Shown: piece by piece, positions 26,795 through 36,797 of the stretch | Layout: every line of letters starts with the position of its first letter | Position numbering within the stretch: the first letter of the stretch is position 1 | Source: a virus | Virus record (IMG/VR): IMGVR_UViG_3300005264_000002 | Location: 1 to 64,000 of that record | DNA length: 64,000 nt | Direction: 5' to 3' (one strand) | Made by a program: the position numbers and the translations under genes | Notes under the pieces: generated by a model | The model's input: only the letters and a program-made list of their open reading frames with translations | Databases searched by the model: none | What the model was told of the DNA's origin: nothing

Positions 26795-28372
26795 ATGAGA
26801 AATCTTAATTCACGTTCATTTGAAGTTTTAGGAGTTGACCAAAAAATTTGGTTGTCTCAAGAAACTGGAGGATATGGAGAGGCTGCGACAGGGGGCCTAA
26901 TCCCTGATGAGACAGGAGCAATCGAACACATAACTGCTGATGTCAAATTTGATATTCCTAGAGAGGATTCTGCAGCAAGATCAGGTAGATCTTTAGTTAC
27001 TCGATTGAGTGGAAAGATCAATGTAGAATTTTCTTTTGAAAGCTATATTATTCCTGGTACTCCTGATGCACTTGGGAATCCAACTTTTCCTCCTACTCAT
27101 GCTTTTATTCTTTCAGCTTTTGGAGATGTTGATACGTCTAATCCTGCTGAAATCGTTTATAAGCTTTCTAGGTTAAATGATAAATCTTTCAGACTTATTG
27201 AAGAAGCAACTCATTACGCTAGGCTTACTACTGGTTGCGTAATTGATACGGTGACTTTTTCTCTCCCTGGAGATGGGAAAGCTCAATTTAAGGCTGATGG
27301 ATTTGCTCAGAATTCTTTTATAGCTGGTGAAGGTAATTTGTCTCAAGCTATAACTGGTGTTGAGCAATTGGCCCAATTAATAGAGCAAGATTTAACTTTT
27401 GATGCCAAGCCAGGTTCAGGAATTAATGGAAATCTTATCAATATTATTTATATTGCTGGTGGTGTTGCTGGATCTGAGGTTGTTACTGTTGTTGATAATG
27501 ATATTGAAGTGCAAATTGATGATGGTGTTTCCAGTGCTCTTGAAGTTAAAACTGCTTTAGATGGGAATATTGATGCAGCAGCCTTAATTACCACAACTAT
27601 AAGTGGTGTCCCTGGTGGTTCACAGTCAATATTTACTCCTGCTAAATATCTAGTAGGTGGGCTTGGAACTAATGATATCAAAGTTGGAGATGGTGAAGGC
27701 AACAGATATGAAGTTGGAGCTTTAATTGATATTATCCAAGGTGTTGATGGCAACACAATCATAGAATCTCAAAGAGAAATCACTGTTGTTTATGATATCA
27801 CGAGTCCTAATGCTGATATCATAACAGTTGGTGGAGCTGCTCTTGCTGCTTCTGTAATTGGAGATTTTGTTATTGGCCATGCTCCAGAAAATTATGATCC
27901 AATAACTTCTGAAAATGCTCTTTTAGGTTTAAAGGGATCTTTTTCAGTAGCAGGATATCAACTTTCTGAATGTGAAATGATTACTGCTGAAATAGCAATA
28001 GCAAATAATTATACTAAGAAAGATTTCATTTATGGAACTAATAAAATTTGTGGATATATCCCTGATAAAAGACGTTCTGTAACTTTGAAAGTAGATGTTC
28101 TTTTGAATAAAAATAACTTCTCTTTCTATATGAGAAATAAGAAGTTTGTTGCTGAGAATGTGACTTTGACTCTTGAGCCAAATGATATTCCTGCTCCATC
28201 TTTCGCAAGTTCTGTGGGAAGGACTTTTGAATTTAATCTTCCAAAAGTAGAGTTTAATATTCCGTCTATTGAGAATCCTGGTGATTCTTATGTGACTCTA
28301 AGCCTTGAAGGTGTAGCTTTGGCAACATCTACAAATAGCTTAGATGATGAAATGACTCTTACCATTAAGTAA
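26795..28372 (+). CDS. major tail (tube) protein with internal insertion domains
   Basis: QETGGYG N-terminus, TGCVIDTVTFS, FNLPKVEF; followed by terminator and chaperones. Confidence 0.8.
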   Translation: MRNLNSRSFEVLGVDQKIWLSQETGGYGEAATGGLIPDETGAIEHITADVKFDIPREDSAARSGRSLVTRLSGKINVEFSFESYIIPGTPDALGNPTFPPTHAFILSAFGDVDTSNPAEIVYKLSRLNDKSFRLIEEATHYARLTTGCVIDTVTFSLPGDGKAQFKADGFAQNSFIAGEGNLSQAITGVEQLAQLIEQDLTFDAKPGSGINGNLINIIYIAGGVAGSEVVTVVDNDIEVQIDDGVSSALEVKTALDGNIDAAALITTTISGVPGGSQSIFTPAKYLVGGLGTNDIKVGDGEGNRYEVGALIDIIQGVDGNTIIESQREITVVYDITSPNADIITVGGAALAASVIGDFVIGHAPENYDPITSENALLGLKGSFSVAGYQLSECEMITAEIAIANNYTKKDFIYGTNKICGYIPDKRRSVTLKVDVLLNKNNFSFYMRNKKFVAENVTLTLEPNDIPAPSFASSVGRTFEFNLPKVEFNIPSIENPGDSYVTLSLEGVALATSTNSLDDEMTLTIK

Positions 28373-28380
28373 TTTTCTAT

Positions 28381-28409
28381 AAAAGGGGTCTAGTTTTAGG
28401 CCCCTTTTT
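28381..28409 (+). terminator. Rho-independent terminator
   Basis: aaaaggggtcta-gttt-taggccccttttt. Confidence 0.85.
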
Positions 28410-28489
28410 ATCTGTGACTCCCCGAAGTGGTATATATGTTATGAGATGGCGAACCAAAAACATATTAATCATAACTTAAGGAGTTAAAA

Positions 28490-28957
28490 ATGTCTTTGAA
28501 ACGCTTAAACCCTAATTCTATTTTTAAAATTTGTTCTACTCAAGATCCTGCTATTGATAAAGAGGCAACAGGAGAAGAGAATTTAACGAAATATTCTGAA
28601 ACTCACGATATAGCTTTGCTTAAATTCGTTGAAGGGAAACTTCCTACAATTTTTCATGTAAAAAATATTTCTCCAGAAGATGAAGCTGAAATCCAAGAGG
28701 ATCATTATGTTATCCAAATGCCAGATCTCGACAAATTAGAAGGCGAAAAACTTAAAAAAGCAAAACCATCAGTAAAACAGGTTAAACAACAACAAATGTT
28801 TATGAAATATTTTAAAGCTGGAGTTAAGCATATTGAAGATGATGGGAAGATTGAACCAACATTCACTCCAGGAGAATGGCCATTGTCAATTCAACAAGAG
28901 ATCGGTGGATATATTATGATCAAATCTGCTTTAGGAGCAGAAGAAAAAAAGTCTTAA
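28490..28957 (+). CDS. tail assembly chaperone (G-like)
   Basis: lies between tail tube and tape measure; ends EEKKS at slippery site. Confidence 0.8.
   Translation: MSLKRLNPNSIFKICSTQDPAIDKEATGEENLTKYSETHDIALLKFVEGKLPTIFHVKNISPEDEAEIQEDHYVIQMPDLDKLEGEKLKKAKPSVKQVKQQQMFMKYFKAGVKHIEDDGKIEPTFTPGEWPLSIQQEIGGYIMIKSALGAEEKKS
28945..28951 (+). other. programmed -1 frameshift site A AAA AAG
   Basis: XXXYYYZ heptamer just before the G stop; the -1 frame is open to 29334. Confidence 0.85.
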
Positions 28958-29334
28958 CTGTCATGATGGGGCTGGCATTAGATCAAAATCAAAATGTCAA
29001 ATTAGATTGCTCCAATTGTGACTTGGGACTTCAAAATTTAAGGAATTGCGGTGGGAGGTTTAGAGAGAAGTCTAGATCTCCTATTAGAGTAAATGAAGAA
29101 ATTTATTGGATATGTCCAAGATCTTTGATTTTTAATAGGAAGGTAGAAAGTCAACTCTTCAATCTCTATATGACTTGTAAGGACAATAATGTTTTTCCTT
29201 ATGGAGCAGAGCCGCTTAAACAAACGTCCTTTTGTTTAGATGTGTTTAAGTTTTTAGATGGAATTTTAAGTGAATATCACGCCAGAAAAGACAAAGAACA
29301 CAAAGCTAAAATGGAGAAGGCCAATAAGATTTAA
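28945..29334 (+). CDS. tail chaperone frameshift extension (GT-like)
   Basis: -1 frame ORF (track 28876..29334), CSNC...C...CP motif. Confidence 0.75.
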   Translation, partial: KKVLTVMMGLALDQNQNVKLDCSNCDLGLQNLRNCGGRFREKSRSPIRVNEEIYWICPRSLIFNRKVESQLFNLYMTCKDNNVFPYGAEPLKQTSFCLDVFKFLDGILSEYHARKDKEHKAKMEKANKI

Positions 29335-29346
29335 TAGGGAAATGAG

Positions 29347-32300
29347 ATGGCAATTGAAAGGGAAATAAGTGTAAATGTTGTTGGTACGGATGAGAATACC
29401 AGCAAAACGATACAAAAAGTATCTCAGGCTATAGCTAATCAGCTTGTTAAGGCCACTGCAGCGGCTAATGCTCAATTCAAGCAGATGGAAACCAATACAG
29501 ATAAGACTAATCAGGTTCTCCAGCAAAATCACAAAGCGGCTCAAAAAGTATCAGAACAAAATCAAATGATTGCAGAAAGTCTTGAAGAAATTAAAGGCAA
29601 AGAAGGCATCATTGCCACTATTACATCATCTATGGAAGGTCTTGTTAAAACTGGACTAGGTATAGCTGGAGCTTTTGCTGGGGTAGTCGCAATTGATAAA
29701 ACCTTTATTCCTCTTAATGCAATCATGGGGAGCTTAACCAATACTATGATTGGTGCTCAAAATAGAGCTGCTGCAATGTCCACAATGTTTAGGCAAACAG
29801 CCTCCAAGACATCAATCTTAACTCAAAAATTCAATCAACTAAAATCAAATGGCATTGATGTTATGATCAAGGGATTGAATGTTGGGAAGACAGCTCTTAC
29901 CAATACAAGGGCAGTACTTCAAAATTTTACATTCTCTGCTAAAGCATCTGGAGTTATCTTAGCTGGAACCTCTAAAGCCTTTCTATCTGCGTCTAAACAT
30001 ACAGAATTATTTGAAAAAGGATTGGCTGGGACTGTAGTAAGAGCATCATTGGCCGGTGCTGCTTTTAATATGTTGGGGATCAACTTATTAAGATCAGATA
30101 GTATTTTAGGAAAAATGGCAGGAGTAACTCTAATAGCATTAGCAGCCTCTTTGGCCGGTGCTGTCTTTGTCGTTAAACAATTATTGGCCGCAGTCGGTGG
30201 ATTGATTCAAAGTATCGGTGACAATTTAACCGCTGCAACTGAAAAGCAGATTGAATTATTTGCTAAGGCCGAAAAGAATACTTTTGCTTTTACTCAAACT
30301 GTTACCAGTTATGCTGAATCGGCGGAAGATGCGGCTGCTCAAACAAATATGTGGAATAGCTTTATTGCTGATACGAGTGCGGCAACAGGAGAAACAACAG
30401 ACTCTCTTCAAGCGTTAGTAGCTGAGACAGTTGCGGCGACAGAAGCAGCTCATCTTAATGAAATTCAAATGAAAGAATTAATTAATAGAACAATTGATCT
30501 TTCAGAAAGAGCTCATAAACCAGCAATGGATACATTAGTCGCATTGATTAATGGAATGAACGGAGCTGGTCAGTCTGTTATCTCTCTTGGATTGCATATG
30601 AGCGAATCTGCTATCCAACATTCTAAGTTAAATGCAGAAGTAAAAAAGAACTTCAAAAATCTAAGCGATTCTGAAAAGGCTCAAGCTCGATTTGCTGTAC
30701 TTATGGAGCAAGCAGGGAAGGCTGCTGGATTTGCTTCTAATAATGCAGATCTTTATAGTAAGTCAGTTAAGCTTCAAGAAAATGCTCAAAAAGAGCTTAA
30801 TGCTGAACTTGGTAGGGGTGCAGCGATCATTAATGGCCAATATAGATTTGGTCTGGCCACAGTCACTAGAATGATGACAAATTTTATCAAACCTATTCTT
30901 CCTGCTATTGGATTCTTAGAAGCATTAGGAGGACGGTTCCTTCAGGTTACAGGATTTATCACTAAAAATATTTTGATAGTTGGATTTGCAATTAGTACAT
31001 GGAAAGCTTTCAATATTTTATTGGCCAAAGGTGTTGCTGGTGGAGTATTTGCTCAACAATTACCATTTCTAAATAAATCTATACTCCAAATTGTGGCCAG
31101 TCTTGGAGCAACTAATGCAAATTTAGGAAGTCTCAAAGGTGTTGCACAAACAACTTTTCAAATCCTTAAATCTCAATCTCTAAATGCAGTCAAATCAATG
31201 CTTGGACTTGAAGCTACTGCTAAATTAACAGCAAAAACTTTTTCTACTCAATTAGTTAAAGGATTAAAGGCTGCAGGAAAAGGTGTATTGCAATTTGGAA
31301 AAAGACTTTTAGTATTATTAGCGAATCCTATTGTCATTAAGTTTGCCCTTATTTCTGCAGCAATCTTTTTAGTAGTTAAAGCTCTTCAGAAGATTGAAGA
31401 AAGAACAGGCATATTTTCAAAGGTATGGGAAAAATTCTCTGCTCAATTCGCTGGGTCTTCTGAGATGTTTCAACCTGTTTTAGATATTTTGAAAAAGATA
31501 GGAGACATCTTAACGACTGTTATTGGAGCTGCAGTTAAGTTTGTCGCTGCTGCTTTATCTGTTTTTATTGGAAATATATTAAGAACTGTTAAAGGTCTTA
31601 TGTTGCTCTCAAATGTACTATCATTTATGTTGCCTGATGCAATGGTGGCCAGTGCTGAAAGTTTAGAGTCAATTAATAAGCAAATAGATGTTTTAAATAA
31701 AACAGCGAAAGATTTTGCAAAAGAAGGAGCCGCTGATCTATTAGGAATCTTTGTTTCTTCAGCAGAAGCAGCAGATGGTGCAATCCCAATGGTAAAAGAT
31801 TGGACTAAAGAATTAGCCAGTGCAGCAGCCGGTGTTGGAAAAATGGAGGAAAAAGCTAAAAAGGCTTTTGAGGCAGTTAAAGATTTTACTCCTAAAATCA
31901 ATATGGCCCAATTCCAAAAAGAAACAGCTCAATTTGATACCGCTCTAAAAGGATTAAAGAAAAAACTTGAAGCTCAAAAAATTGTCTTAATCAAAGCAGG
32001 AGCAAATGAAGAAGAGATTAAAACAGTAGAAACTAGGATTTCCCAGACAACAGAAGCAATTAAAGGACTTCAACTAAGATCTGCTAAAGAAATTCGATCT
32101 GCAAGACTTAAAATTGTAGAAACTGAATTAACATCTAGAAAAAATAAAATTTTTACTGTTGAGCAAGAAATTAAACAAATGAGACTTGATTTTGCTAATG
32201 AAACTAGATCACAAGCTATCGAAATTGAGACTCAAAGGATATTAGAGCAAAGGAATCTCGCAACAGATGCAGCCAAGGAAGGGATAAGCGTTCGTCAAGC

Positions 32301-33492
32301 TGCGATTCTTGAAGCAAATAATGTTGAGTTAGAAGCTTTTAGAAGCGGTCTTCAAGCACAAAGTGACTTAGCAATCAATATGGAGACTCAAAAGGCCTTA
32401 GAATTGGCAAATATTAGAGCTGGAGCTTTAGCTGGAACTCCTGCAGGAGCAGGGGCCAGTGAAGATGTTGAGACATTACAAGCTAAAGTAAAACAGGAGC
32501 AATTGGCCCAATTAAGGGAAAATGATCGAATCTCTGAGCAAGAACATCAGCAAGCATTAACTCAGATTAAAATAAGTCAAATGCAGGCAAGAACTGAAAG
32601 AGAAATTGAGCTGCAAAACAAAAGATCTGAAGCACTAGGATTAACTGAAGCAGGGTTAGAATCTCGTTTAGCTCAAAATGACATAGTTTTCCAGATGGAA
32701 ATGGAGCAAATGAGACTCCAGAAAGAAACTATATTTGAAAATGAAGTCCAATTTCAAGAATCAATGAAAGAAATGGAAATTCAGAATCAAATAAGCAAAT
32801 CTGAAACTAGACAGAGATTTATTCAAGAAGAGATTGATCAAAATATTAAGAAAAAAGATAGTTTCGCTGTTTCTTTAGCTCAAATTCGATTAGCTCAGGC
32901 CAAACATGGCCAAGTAATGGGAACATTATTAGGAGTTCAGCAAACAGCAGAATTTAAAGGAGTTCAAGGAGCACTTAGCAATCTAGCTACTTTAAGAAAT
33001 TCTAAAGGGAGAAAAGAATTTGAAATTGGAAGAGCTGCTGCTTTGGCAGGAGCCGGTGTAAATATCGCCCAGGGAATAATTGCTTCATTAGCTCCTCCTC
33101 CAATTGGTGCTGGGCCATTAATGGGGCCAATTTTAGCTGGAACAATTGCCGCTGCTGGTGCTGTTCAGATGGCCCAGATTAGTGCTCAAAAATATCCTGG
33201 TGGACAGGCCGATCAAGGTATGGATTCAATTCCAAAATCATTAAATGGTAAATCTTTTATCTTATCTGCAGGAGAAAGAGTTGTTCAGCCTGAAGCAAAT
33301 AAGAAATTAACTTCTTTCTTAGATCAACAAGAGAAATCTGGTGGAGGAGGGAATATTTTCCATATTCATATTGGATCTGTTGATAGTGATGATAGAGTTG
33401 AGCAAGTTGCTCAAAGAGTTAAGAGTATCATTAGAGAAGACTCTGAGAGAGGTGAACCAATTATAAGTGCTAGGGGAGTCGTTAATGAGTAA
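29347..33492 (+). CDS. tape measure protein
   Basis: 1381 aa, Ala-rich helical, TM-like segments, GERVV motif near C-terminus; follows chaperones. Confidence 0.92.
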   Translation: MAIEREISVNVVGTDENTSKTIQKVSQAIANQLVKATAAANAQFKQMETNTDKTNQVLQQNHKAAQKVSEQNQMIAESLEEIKGKEGIIATITSSMEGLVKTGLGIAGAFAGVVAIDKTFIPLNAIMGSLTNTMIGAQNRAAAMSTMFRQTASKTSILTQKFNQLKSNGIDVMIKGLNVGKTALTNTRAVLQNFTFSAKASGVILAGTSKAFLSASKHTELFEKGLAGTVVRASLAGAAFNMLGINLLRSDSILGKMAGVTLIALAASLAGAVFVVKQLLAAVGGLIQSIGDNLTAATEKQIELFAKAEKNTFAFTQTVTSYAESAEDAAAQTNMWNSFIADTSAATGETTDSLQALVAETVAATEAAHLNEIQMKELINRTIDLSERAHKPAMDTLVALINGMNGAGQSVISLGLHMSESAIQHSKLNAEVKKNFKNLSDSEKAQARFAVLMEQAGKAAGFASNNADLYSKSVKLQENAQKELNAELGRGAAIINGQYRFGLATVTRMMTNFIKPILPAIGFLEALGGRFLQVTGFITKNILIVGFAISTWKAFNILLAKGVAGGVFAQQLPFLNKSILQIVASLGATNANLGSLKGVAQTTFQILKSQSLNAVKSMLGLEATAKLTAKTFSTQLVKGLKAAGKGVLQFGKRLLVLLANPIVIKFALISAAIFLVVKALQKIEERTGIFSKVWEKFSAQFAGSSEMFQPVLDILKKIGDILTTVIGAAVKFVAAALSVFIGNILRTVKGLMLLSNVLSFMLPDAMVASAESLESINKQIDVLNKTAKDFAKEGAADLLGIFVSSAEAADGAIPMVKDWTKELASAAAGVGKMEEKAKKAFEAVKDFTPKINMAQFQKETAQFDTALKGLKKKLEAQKIVLIKAGANEEEIKTVETRISQTTEAIKGLQLRSAKEIRSARLKIVETELTSRKNKIFTVEQEIKQMRLDFANETRSQAIEIETQRILEQRNLATDAAKEGISVRQAAILEANNVELEAFRSGLQAQSDLAINMETQKALELANIRAGALAGTPAGAGASEDVETLQAKVKQEQLAQLRENDRISEQEHQQALTQIKISQMQARTEREIELQNKRSEALGLTEAGLESRLAQNDIVFQMEMEQMRLQKETIFENEVQFQESMKEMEIQNQISKSETRQRFIQEEIDQNIKKKDSFAVSLAQIRLAQAKHGQVMGTLLGVQQTAEFKGVQGALSNLATLRNSKGRKEFEIGRAAALAGAGVNIAQGIIASLAPPPIGAGPLMGPILAGTIAAAGAVQMAQISAQKYPGGQADQGMDSIPKSLNGKSFILSAGERVVQPEANKKLTSFLDQQEKSGGGGNIFHIHIGSVDSDDRVEQVAQRVKSIIREDSERGEPIISARGVVNE

Positions 33493-34297
33493 TACGCAAG
33501 GAATAAGCTTTTTATATGAATTTGATTTGGGAAACAAGCATGTTGATGATCCTGCTCAAAATATTTTATCAGTAACCTCTACGGCTCCAGGTGATTTTGA
33601 TCCTGCGAACATGACAAGTGAAGCAACAAGAGAAAGATGGCGATCTTCAGGGGTATTGGTAACTCAAGAAATTGTATGGAAAGCAGAACAAGCATCTAAT
33701 ATTGATACCTTTGCTATCTTAGGACATAATTTTTCTGAGGATGCTGTTATCCAATTACAAGCGAATATTTCTAATAATTTTGCTGCTCCTCCAGTTACAA
33801 TAAATATCCCTTGGAGAAAAGAAAATATTGTTTGGTTAAATGAGCTTGGTGGAGAATATGAATATTATAAGATCTCTATTCTTGATCCAACAAATCCATG
33901 TGGATATATTGAAATTGGAAGAGTTATTGGAGGAAGAGCATTTACCATAACTAATAATGAAGATATTAAAGATGCATTTAATATTGGCAAAAAAGATATG
34001 GCCGATCAAATGAAGACAGAGGGATTTTTTAGACAGTCAAATCAAAGGATAAAGGTTAGAACTTTATCAGCTTCATTTGCAAAATTAGAAACCAAATTAG
34101 GACTATCTAACGAAAATTTCTTAGGACTCAGGGAAATGTTCGATTATGTTGGTGAGACTGTTCCGTTACTAACAATCCTTGATCGAAATAATCCTGATCT
34201 TTTTACTGCTTGGGGACAATTCGATTCGATCCCTTCAGAATCGTTTACAACTAACGAATTTATGACATCTTCTTTTAAATTTAGTGAAGTTTTCTAA
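33485..34297 (+). CDS. distal tail / tail-tip protein
   Basis: follows TMP; ILGHNF and YIEIGRV motifs. Confidence 0.7.
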   Translation: MSNTQGISFLYEFDLGNKHVDDPAQNILSVTSTAPGDFDPANMTSEATRERWRSSGVLVTQEIVWKAEQASNIDTFAILGHNFSEDAVIQLQANISNNFAAPPVTINIPWRKENIVWLNELGGEYEYYKISILDPTNPCGYIEIGRVIGGRAFTITNNEDIKDAFNIGKKDMADQMKTEGFFRQSNQRIKVRTLSASFAKLETKLGLSNENFLGLREMFDYVGETVPLLTILDRNNPDLFTAWGQFDSIPSESFTTNEFMTSSFKFSEVF

Positions 34298-34310
34298 TTG
34301 GTGTATATAT
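34298..34310 (+). promoter_or_regulatory. late-type promoter motif
   Basis: TTGGTGTATATAT, identical to 25791 and 17619. Confidence 0.6.
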
Positions 34311-34358
34311 TAAATAAGCCAATCAAAACTATCCCAATATTAGAAGAGAGAATATAGT

Positions 34359-36797
34359 ATGTCACAGAACATATTCAAAAATCCATTTGTATCATCTCCT
34401 CCAACTTTAACAGGAGCATCAGTTGGAAATGGGACATTAACGATAGATCGTTTGACTCATTTCACAATAAACCAAGATTATACTGCTGTTTGTACAGCGA
34501 TAACTCCTTTTACTGTTTTTAAAATTATTGGAAGTTTAGATGGATCTGTTGGAGTTGCTGTTGTTGGGACTCAATTCTATGATCAAGATCTTAAGGTTTT
34601 CTTAACTATTAATCAAGGTCCAACTACTTTTCAAATTGGTGATACTTTTGAATTTACTCTTGATCAAGGGACAGATCTAAATAGAGAAAATATTGATTTA
34701 TATGATGAATTACCTCAAAAGAATTTTGGGGTAGGTGTTCCAGGCTCAATATCTGGTGATTATAATATCAGATTAAATACTACTGGAATTGATGCTTTTA
34801 GAATTATCCAAGACTTAAAATTCACTTCTAAAATCTCAGGTGCAGAAGGGAATGAAATTTCTATAGAATATCTTGCTGGATCTGTTTTGAGTCCTGCATC
34901 ATTAATTATCCAAGATTTAACTTATACTGCTTCACCAGGTGAAGCTGGGAATGGAATATCAATTCTATATACTCAATTCACTCCTGGAGTTGCGGCCACT
35001 AGAGATGTTCAAGATATTAATTGGACAGCAGATAATATTGGGGTAAATGGAAATTATATTTCAATGGTTTATATTGGTGGAGGAACTGCTGGTTCTGAAA
35101 TTGTTAATGTAACAGGGACAGGAACAGGCGGCGATCCATATATAATCACAGTCACTATTGAGGATGGAGTTTCTTCCGCTGATCAAATTAGATTGGCCGT
35201 TGGACTTCATGGAGTGGCTGGACCGCTAGTTGATGGGATTGCTCTTGGGACAGGATTAGAGCCTCAAAGTATTCAAGCTCAGATCTTTCTTTTAGGTGGA
35301 TTAGATCCAATTGGTGACGCTGGAAATGAAGTTGTCAATGTAGTTGCTCTTCAGATTGAAGTTATTTTAGAAAGTGGAGTTTCAACTGCTCAAAATGTTT
35401 ATGATGCTGTTTTTGCCTCTCCTGCTGCTTTAGCATTAGTTACCCCTACAATTTCAGGGACTCCAGCTACAACTCAAACTGCCCCTGTTGCTGAGGCAAA
35501 TTTAACAGGTGGAGCAGATGATGTTGGATTACCAGGATCAGAAGTTGTCAATGTATCTGACAAGGCCATTGAGGTCACTTTTAATGATGGATTATCTACT
35601 GCTGATCAAATTAAAACAGCAATTGAAGGAGATATTGATGCTAATGCCCTGGTTACAGTAACTATTGAAGGTGTTGGGGCCAATTTCCAAGACTCTCCTG
35701 TTGTTAGAACATTTCTTAGATCGGGACAATTGGCCGGGACTTTTGCTTTTAACTCTGAAGAGTTAACCGTTCCTGGTTCTTTTTTTGAAGGTAATGCCAA
35801 TATTTTAGCAAACAATCTTAACCTTCAAAATGAATTAAATGTTGAAGGAGAGTCCGAATTTAGAGGAAAAGTTAAATTCGATGATGCTATTCCAGCAAAT
35901 AATTCAGGTCCATTAATCGAAAATAATCAAAAAACAATTAATAATCTTATCCAAAATGGAAAAGTTTTTCTTCATACAGTAAATGATGAAAAAATGGAGT
36001 GGTCAGATCCTGCTGGGACATTAACGCTTTTAGATGACATTAATATTGTATTTTGTGAAACTAATATTGTTAATACAATTCTAGCTACTGATGGGCCATT
36101 TGTTATTGCTGATGGTGAGCATTTATATGTGACAGTTGATAGAGAGAATAATGTTAATCTTACGACTACAATAGCTTCTACTGTTCCAAATAGTCCTAAT
36201 GGAGAAAATATTTTTAGATTAGTTTCTAGGGTAGGTGATTCATTAGTCTGGTTTGATAATACTCTTCAAACTGAAGGCAAGAATATTAGAATAGGTGAAG
36301 GTGGAGCTGGTGGAGTTGGCTATCAAGAAAAGTTAGGAAATGGCGATGGAGCAGTTACAGCTTTTGGCCCTTTAACTTTTATTCCATCTTCTGAAAAATC
36401 CATTCTTGTTTTTTCAAATGTTATTAATTTTGTAACAACTGATTGGACATATAATGTAGTCCAAAATCAAATTGACTTTATAACACCACCTCCTTTGGGA
36501 GCAGAAATTTATGTCTTTTATTTAACAGAAGGTGAAACTTTATCAGTTCCTACTCCAAGTGGAGTAGAACGTGTTGAATATAGAGATATAACTTTAGCTG
36601 AAGAAACTGCCAAACAATTGACATTAGCAAATCTTCCTGCTGAACCAACTAAAGTTAAATTAGATATTATTGGTGGATCAGCTCAAAGATATACGGTTGA
36701 TTTTATTGTTACAGGAAGCATTTTGTCATGGAGTGGTTTAAGACTTGATGGAGTCTTAGTTGAAAATAGTGAAGTAAGGATAAATTATTATTCTTAA
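34359..36797 (+). CDS. multidomain tail/appendage protein with three nested copies of the shared module
   Basis: GNGTL..., TI.QG...F..GD.F.F domain; triple QDL/GN/EVV/GVS/GG pattern; C-terminal GDG...F adaptor domains. Confidence 0.8.
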   Translation: MSQNIFKNPFVSSPPTLTGASVGNGTLTIDRLTHFTINQDYTAVCTAITPFTVFKIIGSLDGSVGVAVVGTQFYDQDLKVFLTINQGPTTFQIGDTFEFTLDQGTDLNRENIDLYDELPQKNFGVGVPGSISGDYNIRLNTTGIDAFRIIQDLKFTSKISGAEGNEISIEYLAGSVLSPASLIIQDLTYTASPGEAGNGISILYTQFTPGVAATRDVQDINWTADNIGVNGNYISMVYIGGGTAGSEIVNVTGTGTGGDPYIITVTIEDGVSSADQIRLAVGLHGVAGPLVDGIALGTGLEPQSIQAQIFLLGGLDPIGDAGNEVVNVVALQIEVILESGVSTAQNVYDAVFASPAALALVTPTISGTPATTQTAPVAEANLTGGADDVGLPGSEVVNVSDKAIEVTFNDGLSTADQIKTAIEGDIDANALVTVTIEGVGANFQDSPVVRTFLRSGQLAGTFAFNSEELTVPGSFFEGNANILANNLNLQNELNVEGESEFRGKVKFDDAIPANNSGPLIENNQKTINNLIQNGKVFLHTVNDEKMEWSDPAGTLTLLDDINIVFCETNIVNTILATDGPFVIADGEHLYVTVDRENNVNLTTTIASTVPNSPNGENIFRLVSRVGDSLVWFDNTLQTEGKNIRIGEGGAGGVGYQEKLGNGDGAVTAFGPLTFIPSSEKSILVFSNVINFVTTDWTYNVVQNQIDFITPPPLGAEIYVFYLTEGETLSVPTPSGVERVEYRDITLAEETAKQLTLANLPAEPTKVKLDIIGGSAQRYTVDFIVTGSILSWSGLRLDGVLVENSEVRINYYS

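Noticed and set aside
26795-28372. 525-aa tail protein as contractile sheath (myovirus)
   Set aside because: No separate tube gene or baseplate wedge genes follow; chaperone frameshift and TMP come next; the extra length is explained by insertions
23731-35725. Shared inserted module as intein or DGR template/variable repeat
   Set aside because: No Cys/Ser...His-Asn splice termini, no reverse transcriptase, and differences between copies are not adenine-specific
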